Shown here: positions 36,701 to 48,800 of the stretch, in pieces
How positions within the stretch are numbered: the first letter of the stretch is position 1
How the letters are laid out: each line of letters begins with the position of its first letter
DNA from: Laetmonice hystrix
Lineage: Eukaryota
Assembly: GCA_965235115.1 (NCBI GenBank)
Contig: OZ249439.1
Span: forward strand, 18,538,001-18,602,000
DNA length: 64,000 nucleotides
Direction of reading: 5' to 3'
The notes under the pieces: model-generated
The model's database searches: none
Seen by the model: only the letters and a program-made list of their open reading frames with translations
Told to the model about the DNA's origin: nothing
Translations under genes and position numbers: made by a program

Positions 36701-39700
36701 CACCCCGCTTTTTTGCACGTGGTGTATCAGTCAAAATTGGATAGTGCCCTGGCCTATTAGTGTCCTTCAGAGGATTCACTTGCAATAGTCCAGTACAAAA
36801 TATTATTTCTATGGGTTGGGGAAATCAAAACCGATTGTTTAAGAAGATTTTATTGATTTTACTTTTACTTTATGTCTACATGTGTTGTATCGTCGACGTG
36901 AAAAGAAATTTACATCAATTGGTAGATTAATTTATGATAATGTCGCTGTAATTCTCCTTTTAATGTGAATTACATGTGTACATCATCATTTAAATCAAAG
37001 AACATGAAGAATAGAAACCTCGGGCTGCCACCCAGTTAACTTGGCCTTTCATTACGCCAGGCTCATTCATATTAATGACCTTACTTGACTGATGTAAAAT
37101 GTGAACCATGAATGTCATTGGAATATGTCGACACGAGTAGAATAACAACAGGCCGGGCGTACACAGCCTCATCCGTTACCGTCTGGCCCTGGACAGGTTC
37201 GACAGACAGATCGCCACCGGCTTCACGTTAACGTCAAACTTCCTCCATAAGGAATCATCTTCCGACCTTTTTACAGTGGGGTTAAGGAGAAGAAAGCCAA
37301 CCTTGTGGAAGTCTGCAGGCGTGGAGGAACTGTCTTAGTAGGCGTGCTATAGTAAACGTATAATTGAATAATCAGTTGTGTCCAACATATAGAAGAGGGA
37401 TACATTATGCAGGACAGTCAGAACAATTTGTTGGAATCGTCGACCGGGTTCAGGGTCGAAAAGTAGAAAGAGGGCGGCTGAAACCGAGAAATGCTATACG
37501 GTAAGGAATTGTCTAGATCCTTATTGAACGAGTGTGTACATACAACGTCCAGACGCCTTTTTTCAGCGGTCTTGACTTGTGTGTTGGGTGTACGTGTTAC
37601 ATTATTGTACTTGTGTGGCCTCTGCCCTAGGCATGTGAGGGTCAGTCATATGTGGAGGTCTACATAACCACATCACTTACCGCTTGGAATGGCCCCACAC
37701 CTAAGTTAAAAGGTGTACGTATTTTAGTGACGACAGGTAGCTGACAGACACAGGTGTTGTTATAACTGTGCCATCTGCCAGCAAATGGAGGTAACACAGA
37801 TTTTGTACCATGTTTTTCTGTTATGATACACGGTGAACTTACGGCACTTGTCGTTTAGTGAATAGATGAGAATAACCTGAACACATGCGGGTAAAGGTGT
37901 TGTCTTGACGAACTGATTCAGGTTGCCCAGGCTGATAAACGTGACGACGAGCATCGTGACAGTACCCAACGTATTTATCATCTGGGAGGTGAATTATTGC
38001 TATCTAAAGACACGGCAAAATCATACTGAGTTTTCCCAAATAGTCGGTAAACTTTCAAGAGAGTTGGGCCTTGGCATGGGAAACTGCCCCAAGGCAATCT
38101 TTCTCTATTTATGGTGAAGCTGTAGGTGGATAGGTGCCCTGAAGGTCACATCAGTATTTTTGTCCAGTTGCCGATGACAGGCCCCATAAGATAATTACAA
38201 GTAGGCCTATAGTCTATTGTCAGTAGTTAGCAGCATTTTCTCACAAGATAAAACTCCGAAGTTAGGACGTCACGATGAAGGCAAAACTATCTTTAATAAT
38301 TATTTTATTATATGTAGAAGATTGATTTTCGATTTGAACATACATGTACGTTGTTCCATATAGGGGAAAGGCCGTTATATTTGCATTTAAATTTTCATAT
38401 AGTATTTCTCTGATTCTTTCATTGAGAGCCTACCAAAATACAGTTTGCTGCATTGACTGAAAGTAGCTGCAAGCAACTGAAATATATACACCCATTTTTC
38501 CCTTAGTATCGCTCTCTGTGTCGGACTTTACAACTGTTCAATCAGTGGGCTGACCATAGCGTGTAAAGTTTTGTTTTATATTATACTGTTTAATGCTTTT
38601 CTGGCCAATTATGGAGTCGATAATGGTATCTTGATGAAGGAGTAGTTTCCGATGTTCATTGTGAGGCAGCTAGAAGTAGAAACTTGCAGCTCTGAAAACA
38701 TCACAATGCATCATTAGAGAGGACAGGAAATTAAACAGATGTTGGAAATGCCGTGGCAAGGAAATTGGCTTCAATGAATAGCTTAGATCACATCAGTTAC
38801 GAAAAGGGAATGAGCTGGTTGTTACAAGTACTGTAGTATATCACGTGTAATGAATTGTTTCCTAAACGTAGGATCAGTTGGCAGTACGGTAGAAGGCATT
38901 GTTGCCTCCATTCACGTGTGGTTCCTGCCACACCAACCCATATTAAAGTGGAGACCAGGAAAGCGCTCCTGACAACCTCGTCCGCTCCGATCGTCTCTCT
39001 GATAGATCGCTCACCCAGACCCCGCATGCGGGCGCATATAAGCAGAGAGATTTTGGGGTTAAATCGGTTTCAGACTTTAAGGAATGGTAGGAACCCATGT
39101 AAAAACACAGGAGTCTTCACTCTCGAGGCAGTTGTGAATCCACTTAATAATGTGCTTCGTAGGAAATCTGAAAGTAAAATCTGCAGCAACGAGATAAAAA
39201 GAAAAGAAGACATGACTTCAGATCCATGCCGTTGAACAGCTAATATGACAAGAGGTATAAAATCAAGCTTGTAATTCAATAATTACTAATATACATGAGG
39301 TAGAAAACATGGAGTGTAATATACAAAAATTAATATTAGTGTAGGGCGTAGATGATAGATCTGAAGCAAACCGTAGTTCACGCCATAGTTGATGAGTGTA
39401 AGATTCAACATCAGTGACAAATTCCTGTTTTACGGACTGAGTTTCCTGTGACTTGTAACCATCTCTCTCAGTCACGTGTTAGAAAGGAAGGTGACAGCTC
39501 TGTTTTTGTTATATTGTACGTCTGCCCATAAAGGGATCAGATTCTGTAATGGGATGAGAACCAGCACCTAACCTGCATGCTGATAGTGTCGCTGGGATAC
39601 ATCAGCTTCCAGTATAGTTTACTGGATAGATAGTAGACCTGAATATACTGACATGCTGAACATTCTCTGAACATAGCTCGTAAAGAATAGCTTTTCTATC

Positions 39701-41772
39701 AGTTCTATAGAAAATGGGAAATATGTAATTACCCTCACACTGTTACCAGTACTTCTCTTAGCTGCGTTTATCGCCCTGATACAATGTGCCTGTTACCCGC
39801 GGCCTATCTTTCCCTCTTGACATCCATCTGTACGTGTAACGTGATTAGACTCCCCACCCTCCTCAACAATACCAAACATAGTTCACATACTCTCCCGTAA
39901 ACCTAAGTTTAGTTTAGTGTCTTGCATACACTGTACGTTGACAGATTATCGGTATGGTAAAGGCGATGTGATGTTTTGTAACATTTACATGAGGTTAATA
40001 CAGAGTTATAGCAAAGATCAATGATCATTCCGCGGTCTTTGGTGATAGTCGAGATAATTATTTTGTACATTTATTACAAAAATGACACGCACGGCCGTAA
40101 GCAGATGATGACTCCGTCTATCTCTCCTCCAGCCTCCACGCCACATGTTTGGTATTCAACCCCACAGTTTCACAAGCTTGAGGCTGATGATTAGTAAACC
40201 CCTGTGTCACTCTCCCAATTTATGACAATTATCAAAGCCGGTATGAAAGGTAGTGCCCCACGTAAAGCTTTCCCTGCTACAAAAAGGTATAGGGGAATGG
40301 GTAGAATACCATTGTGCCAAGTGTGAAAAGCATCATTTGAATGCAGTGATTGTCATCAGGGTTGGCATGTTTTGGTTGATCACCCCTCACCTTATAATCC
40401 CCTATTGTCTTCTTGCAAAACTATGTGAATTATACATAAAGGGAAAAAGAACGAAGGAAAAATCTGATGCGCTGTTCTGTTCACCTTATTGACGAAAGGA
40501 CGAGTTTCATTCTTCCATGACGAAAAAAACCCGTTAATGTCTGTAAAAGATGGAGCATTGTGTAATGTTTAATTCATGTGAACATTATCTAAGGCGATGA
40601 TCAGGAATTCATCAGGTCATCGTGCTGCAATCTATCTCTGTTTTTCACCAGGTTTGCATTCAATTTGCCAGTCAGATTGTTGTTAGAAGGGGAAGGGGTT
40701 GGCAGTACTAGCCGTACTAATGGTTTTGTAATGGCTTGCTCATGGAGGCCGTAGATTGGACAGATAGGGGACGAGCAGGCGTCGCTCGTATTAAACATAC
40801 ATGGCAGCATGTCGCCCCATACAACGACAATGAAGATAAAATGATAGCACGCTTGTCCCTGAAGTCCTCACTTGGTTTTCCCACAAACGGTGTACGAAAA
40901 GTTATCGGTTTGGTTGTGGCATCCGCTGAGAGTCGTCACTTGTCAAGACATTTCTACTTGCCTCTATCTACATGTACACGCATCTAATACATGGGTATGA
41001 ATTTTAACAAATATACAACAGTAAGCGTCTATATATCTCTTTGCTTTCATCAGACAGCAGTATTTTAGCATTAAATACGACTATTTCAACATGAAATACG
41101 ACAAGCATCTATCATGTTTTCCGTTAAAATATACAGATATGGTTTTTATGGAGTGGGAGAGCAGGTTCGGTGAAGAATGCTCAATAAAAGGGAGAAAAGC
41201 ACAGCGTAAGCGTGAGGGTATGTGAGACCTACGCCATCTTTGATTATGTACAAAATGGGGTCAGGTAGCACTTGATTTTGCCATATATATACATGTGTAT
41301 ATCTGGAGAGACATTCATTGGACAGTAGGAGTTCATTTTATCCACCCTGCGCCAAAAAAATGACGACATTCTTGTTCATCTCTTCTAGTTTAACAATAAG
41401 ATATTTTAGGTGGCTAAACGTGAGGGCGGTTTAGCAATTTTACCCCACTGTAGGAATACCCGTAATCTGTGTCGTATACTCGTGTATCAAGTTGTTTCGT
41501 TGGTTAAATAGAGAAAAATGTTCACTAGCTCAGCTATTAAGTAAATGTCAGTTTACAGGAGTGGAATTATTCGTCTGGCGTATTATAAATGAATCTATGG
41601 ATACTGTACCGTAGATGGAGCTTAGTATATTATGGGGTGTGGACCTAATTGAGAGAACCATCCGAGTATAGGAATCCTAAGATCAACACTAAGATTCTAA
41701 TCTAATCCATATACTTATGGACACCCCTTGGACACCCCTAAGGTTTAGCCTTGAATCTACATGAGGATTGCC

Positions 41773-41786
41773 GTCACCATGGCAAC
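41773..41786. promoter_or_regulatory. RFX X-box motif
   Basis: GTCACCATGGCAAC, a full match to the palindromic X-box. It overlaps an ATG followed by CAG|GTGAGT. Confidence 0.4.
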
Positions 41787-44700
41787 CCAGGTGAGTTTGT
41801 GGCGTTGTGAAGCTGGATCGGGTTGGTAAAGGTAGGGGAGACTGAGGGTTGCTGACTGACTGACGCTGTAGGATGACACTGGCAGGCTGACAGTATACAG
41901 ACCCGCGTCCCGTCTCGGTCACGTCAGTAATGCTATAACTGAGAACAAATCAGTGGTGGCAGGGATCAGGGCATGTTCCGTTATGTCGTCGAACGTACCG
42001 CTACTACCAGCCGGTCGAGAGAAATCAGTCGTGGTGACAGCAACACAAACCAGTTCTGCCAACCAGAGATGCTGGCAGCACCATCCGTATGTAGCACCGG
42101 CAACTCGCAAGCTTTAGTTACGTAGTCGGCATTCCTTCCCTGGAACATTGTCCAAAAGATCTCTGTGCACCTTTCATGTAATCTTGTAATTGCTTCAATA
42201 TAGCAAGAAATATTTAATATAATATTTAATATTTAAATAAATATTTAATATTTTTTGAGGAGTTGAAGCTCGAATATTATGGTTTCGCTTGAATGTCTGT
42301 ACTATAAACCAAGGGTCATAGGTTAATAGGTCCTCCTGTAGTATATAAGTATCACTATGAATATATGCTGGAGACAGAACTCAAACCAGTCCGTATGGAA
42401 GCGTGTTTAGCATCAATGTACAATATAGCTTTAGCTATGCTGAACTTTCCATGCACTTACATGAGTGCCTTACCCCACTGCGATGGCCACTTCAATATGC
42501 AGCAAACATGTTACTGCAAGGCGTTGTTATGCCACAATGATTCACGATTGCGCCACTTAGAAGTGGCGAGTGTTGAGTGTTTGGTGACACTATCGTAATG
42601 GGATAGCAGTACCCGCCTGATCCTGACCACATCTGTCCTCGGTCCAGGCAAGGAGTATACCCACGGGTTGACCGACACAATATCTGACCTTCGACTCCAA
42701 GGTCACACTACATGATAACATTAGATGGGGCAGAGCTGGAGCTCTGATAAAGACAAGGCACGTCTGGCCCTGGCCACGATTTATGACGGCATCTTGCCGA
42801 GGATTATGGGACAGGAGTTGACTGTAAATTGTGGCATGCAGACATCAGTGGCCATGTTTGGTCCATGATGGGTGGGAAACCCAGGAGGTTAATTAGCTCA
42901 CTATGTAAACACAGGAATGGAGGATGGTGAGGGGTGGGGAGGGGGTGAAGGTCATGGAGGATCGACCTCTGGAGATGGAGCCAGGAACGTGGAGGAGAAA
43001 AGTGGGAGTTCATATTGAGCGGGCCAGGGAATAGGAGCAGGCCAGGGAATTTAGGACCGGGCCAGGGAACGGGAGAGGAACCAGTGGATATTTGTGATCA
43101 CACGTATCAACAGAATGAGGAAAACGACAGGATTTCACCTCCCCAATAAAAATCTGATTTACCCCACCCTCCACTCTGATTGGAATGTTAAGAATATGTG
43201 AAAAGTGGGATTGATGGCCTAAGATGGTATTAACCTTCACATTATGTTGCAAGATACGATAGAAACTTTATTTATGGTGTCACATCATATGATATAGTGG
43301 ACATGCCATCTGGCCGCGGAAAGGGCAGCCAGGCCAGGTGCAGTGTAGCCGTCTAACTCTATTTGTATTTGGCGAGCAGGTTTGGCCAACATCTCCTCTC
43401 AAGGACACAGCTGCCGGAGGCAGTGTTATTGGAGATCACCATGGTGACTGGAAGCAGCCAACAGGTATAGAGATCGAGTAGGCGATGCCAACCGGAGATG
43501 TATGTTATAATTCCATAGCATTAGGAGATTGTCTTAAGGTCACAATCATCCGGGGAAGATGCGCTGGATCCATAGGAGTGGATGGAGAGATTAAAATAAC
43601 TCACTACATTCATATACTATATGAGATGGTTGTGAGATTAGAGGTGTGTGGCAGAATTACTGTTACACGTCTGTAAGAGGTTTTTCTCTGGAAAGAGTCT
43701 CATGGTAGAAATATGTCTCTTAGCAGAATAATGCCTCTTGGCAGAGCGTCAGAAAAAATAATTGCGAGGGCAAAGTCAGGTGTTGGAAATTTCAATTAAA
43801 GATCCCGAGGAGATGTATATTTTAAAGATTACAGCGGTGGCAATGTTAATCTGATACATCCGATGTTCTAGATACATGTTTTGGAGGAGCCGGTGACAGT
43901 TTCTACGTATAGTGAGGCCACAGGAAATATTCAAGGGCCGACAACAATTGTCTTATTTCCTGTGCTAAATCATTTTGCTTTCGTAACAGCATAATGTTTT
44001 AGTGAGAACACTCATATTTTAGTGAAACGTACTCCAGACTTTTCCCATAAGAGTAGAAAGGTTAAAGAAGGCTAAAACATGTATTTGAAGAGTAGGAAAG
44101 ATTAAGATTTGCTTATGTACAATGTAAACTCGTGTCACAAACTGTATACATACACGTCCTGTTTATAAGGAAACTGTTAGGGCATGCCTATTATTCATCT
44201 CCATTTGAGCATATTGTGTAATGCAGAATTAGCCAGTATCATTGTCGTATGCATGTCAGATATCTTGAAGTTTGACGTGTAAATAGAATACTTAAAGATG
44301 ACATTGGTAATTATAACATGGAGTAAAAGGAAGACTTTGACTTTAGTTTCACAATGGATAGGTTTCTCTCATATTACCGACTCGAAGAGGATCATTTTGA
44401 TCTCACGGATCTTATACATCCTTATGAGGTATGGAACTCTGTTAATACGTAGCTTATGAAAAGACAATAATTCTAATTATGATTCTACAGCGTATAACGC
44501 AAGAAAGAATGTGTAATGGTTGATAATGAATCAGGAATGACGATTAGAAGAAAGTATGGTACCGCTAATGATCGTATAGGAATAAACAAAAACGAAGACG
44601 TACGCGTACAAGAAAGTCGACTAATTATGGAAGTAAGATTGCAGAGGTGAACAATAGGAATGGTGTGGAATATGAAGACGCCGATTATGCTGTCAGTGAG

Positions 44701-45729
44701 CGAGGTGACATGACAGTTAATATCATTTATCAGACAATGGCGTTAACGAGGTGTGAGGTCAGGTAGCACGGTGGCCGACCGGCTACCCTGTCTCCTTCAA
44801 TCACGCCGTTTTCATACGTGCCCTGTCTGATGTAGTACGCATGTTGCCGCTGCGTGCCCGGGGTGACGCTAGCCAACACTGTTAATGGCACAATACTGCC
44901 ATGTATGATTGGGATGATCAGTGCTTGCCATGCATTGGTCGTGGAGAATGACAGGGGGCTGGGACGCCCCGCAGAGCTGATAACCGGTTCGGCTCACCTA
45001 CCAGACACATTGGGCGCGGTCAGACCTGAGCTTCATTTGTTCAACAAAAATGAGCTACGCGTGTCACAGAGAAGAGAGACAATAGCATTTCCCGCCATCT
45101 GAATTAGAACGTGTTCATGACCATTGTTGGTAACTGCTGTAACAAATCTGATGACGGCGCTGGTGTCAAGGTGTTGGCAAAATTATAGAAAAACTCTAAA
45201 CGCTCCAATATAATAACTCTAAACGCTCCAATATATTTGAGTTTTTCACGGGCATTGGAGCGTCTATAAGTTGTATCCATTAAGAGTAGATATTTTGGTA
45301 TTGCTCTGTCTAGGTTAAGAGACATTGTCCTCAAAAGTCATGGGGCTGCTGAAAACGATACATACTACACGTGGGGAACAGTGCTTAGAGGGCATGCTCT
45401 TCCTACAACCATGAAGGTTCATTTTGAAGGAGGAACCATATCATTGGTCCTTAATCTGTGTACCTGCTCGTGACCCCAACATACCAGAGATCAGCGGGTA
45501 GAAATGCAGCCCCGGTCTGGTGCTGTTTTCATCTTTTGATTGGATCCTTTGCTGTTATAATAACCCAAGGGAGACCTTATTGTCGCATAATTGATCCCAT
45601 GTATGGCAATGCGTGACACATCAGGCTGCACGCATTCCGGCTGGACGGTGCCCCTTGTCAGATGGCACATGTAAAAGAAGCACAAACAAAGACATTAAGG
45701 ACAGTTTACAGGTCGCTGGGATCGTCTGG

Positions 45730-45831
45730 ATGGGCCTACTGCTGGTGGTGCTGGTGCTGGTGCTGGTGCAGCTGCTGCTGCTGTTGCTGGCAGAGGGCCA
45801 GCCGTCCTGCCCGCCTCCGTGGCAGGCTTCC
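45730..45831 (+). CDS. Candidate first coding exon of a secreted protein (signal-peptide-like), alternatively a plain CTG/GTG simple repeat
   Basis: Reads MGLLLVVLVLVLVQLLLLLLAEG-QPSCPPPWQAS: hydrophobic core, small residues at -3/-1 (A-x-G), then Q and CPPPW. Possible donor TCC|GTATGG is weak; otherwise stop at 45847-45849. No downstream exon identified. Confidence 0.3.
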
Positions 45832-48800
45832 GTATGGATTTCTGAGTAATTAAGAGGGAAAAAATGACAAAGCCAGAAGGAGAAGGGTTGGAGTTCATGG
45901 TGGTGGTAGGAGAGGAACAAAGGATGATAGTGAGACCAGGGAGGAGGTGACCTTGATTCAGGTCATGGTGACCGTACCTTTACCTTGGCCCGCCAGGCCA
46001 GTCTGCAATGGACACAGTGGATCGGCTTCATGTATTGGCAATCAGCCGTGTCCATATGGTGGCAAAGTGTAAAAGACCTTTCCAGGGCCCTGTAATGTGG
46101 AAACCTTCCAGTCTGAATAAGATGAAATTACGTTTATTGTCCCCAAGAAACACCATACGTATTAGAAATCGACACAGAGGCGTGTTGAAAGGTTCTGATC
46201 GGGAAAACGTGCATTTATTACAATGTGGATGCACGTTATGATTCATTACATTGTTTCCTGACAGCGGAAACAGGTATGATGAACAAAAACCACCAGCAGT
46301 ACATGACATGCAGAACACGCACACATGAGTAATCGGGCGAGGAAAACCTTAGGATTGTTAGACGATCAAATTCTTGTTTGGGCATTACGTCTAGAATTTC
46401 ATGTTGATGGTGATATCGGGTACAACAAAAAGTTGAGTCTGTCTGCACGGAACACGGCCCCCTGGTTCCGAAATGTTGAATACTTGGCGGTTAAAACGTC
46501 GATCGGGTTGGGTTGCACTCCGAGAGCATGTTGTAGTTGGCTGCAGGCTCACCACGACATGGAGACAATGAAAACCGATCCGTTGGTTCTCTTCTGTCTC
46601 TGGTTTCTCAAGACATGTTCTGTCATGGCCGGTGTCAATTATCAAATAGTTTTTACGCAGCAGTCAGCAAACACCGATGACCGTCGGGAATGAATAACCT
46701 GTTCCAGTTTCAGACACTGAAATCTAAACACTGTGGAGGACCTTCTCGTGCCGTGTGTGGAAAACAGTTGTATTTTTTATATACAAGCGTTCCTCGTCTC
46801 CAGGTTCGTCCGACCGATTTATCGTTGAATAACGGCAATTACGGTTAAGGGACCTTTAAACTGAGGGTGAGTCAGACACTTTGTGTTGATATGGTCCTAC
46901 AAGTCTCTGTCGGATGTTGGTCCGAGGAGATAGCAGTTGAGTGGCACAGGCAATCCATTAGGGACGATGTAGCCGAGTTTAGCGGCATCTGTTGGCAGGA
47001 GTGGCCACCTTATGTCCCTGACCTTGTTGTAAACGGCTGACAGTCTTACTCGCCCACACTTGGCTCGATTAAGTGGCCGAGTACAAAGTTCTTCACTGCA
47101 CCATATACAGGAGATAGTGACATGTTCTCTAGACCACACAAGTCTGTATTGCTGCCATTATAGGTACTCGAGTCCTTTCATTCCAACAGTAACGTTACCT
47201 GTCAAGATGGTTGTCTGGTTTGCATTTATGTCCAACGGTCTTTGTCTTACAGGTATATACCATTTATCTGTTATGTACCAGGACCCATGTTAAATGACTA
47301 GAGATGGTCCTGCTCAACCATGCAGCCGATTATCAAAACGCCTCGGATCGGGCTGTACCCAGCTGAACCTTTCCAAGAGAGGAGACAGATGTAATTCATA
47401 TTATATTAATCTAACTAGTAGAGGGTCAATGTTTATATGTTTTGTAAAGAGGATGTTGCTGTGACAGATTTAACTTGAAGTTTGTTCGTTATGTAGGTAG
47501 ATGAAACGTCTAGACTGGACACCATTGAGATGTTAGTGGACACAACGGGAGGAGAACTCGACCATAAAACACGGTTGAGCTTCCTCAAGTAATGGTCACA
47601 TGTGGTTTTCTACGACTAGAAAGCCACCGTGGGAGGGACATTCAAGAGGGAAACACAACTGTCTTGACTTTGTCTGTCATCAGTGGTGTAGTTAGCCAGT
47701 CGTTTTATGAGGCTTATCGCTGCCAGAGGCTACCCCAAGATACCAAGCTGGTTGACTAATTGTGGTCTTAAAACAAAGAACACATTGACGCACAGACCTC
47801 AAAAGTAGCTTAATGACCAACTTATATGTCAACACCACAAGAAGGCAGGCCTAGTGTAGTGTTTGAACAGACCGCAAACCTCGTCACTAACACTGGAGTC
47901 ACCCCAGTCGGGCACAAACCTCGGGAATGCCTCTGTCGTGTCGTGAGTTTTTGTCGTGTGCTGAAAACTAATACGTTGTAATAGTGGGACTCACATTCCA
48001 TATCCCCTGGGGTTTTTTTTAAAGGGGCGTAGGAGGAGGACTTGGCATAGTGGAATTTCTCATCGCCGGCGAAACACTTTAGTAAAAGCGTAACGCATGG
48101 TAAAAATAGTTTGCCCAAGATGTAAGGTTTGGTACGAGGAGATATGACGTACGCATGTATATAAAACTGAAGACTAGAGCTGAGCACGTTCCGCAGTATC
48201 TGTCTCCTGCACTTGGACTGACCTTTGGGTTCACGCCGGTGTCAGGTACCATGTATAATCCAGCAGCAGTGTAAGAATCAATCCCTTTGATGTAGGCAGG
48301 ATGTGGAGGTTACCACACAAAAGGTACATAGACACACCCAGTGGAGTTGTTCAGTTATAATACATAGACCTGACATCATAAGGATATACGATTAATGCTG
48401 TTTGCTTCACTTACAGTCATATTCTGTTCGTCATTGAGGTGAGATAAAGGGGGAGGAGGCATACAGAATAACGACGGAGAATGGGTGACGTAGGAATCCT
48501 GGTAGATCCTTACTGAATTCAAAAGCGTACTTGTCCGTGAAGTGGTTCAAAAATTGACTATAGACTTTCCTTCATTTGTTTTCATGCTGACCATCATTGT
48601 CAGTGGAATAGAATTACCAGATGACATTTCCTACTGCTGTAGGTCTTAGAAGATTAGAATTTTTCCTCAGACTTTTGTAGAAGTGGATTTTGAAATGTTG
48701 CAATCGCAATTTTTGAGTGTCTACTTTCAATTTCAATTTCGAAATTCAAAATCTAATCACCTAGAAATCCCGAAATACTTGTCAGATGAGGTATTGTGAT

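Noticed and set aside
46325-46693. 122-aa ORF starting SNRARKTLGLL, like a CR1/L2 RT C-terminal motif
   Set aside because: The remainder does not follow the expected L-V-R-P-x-L-E-Y pattern.
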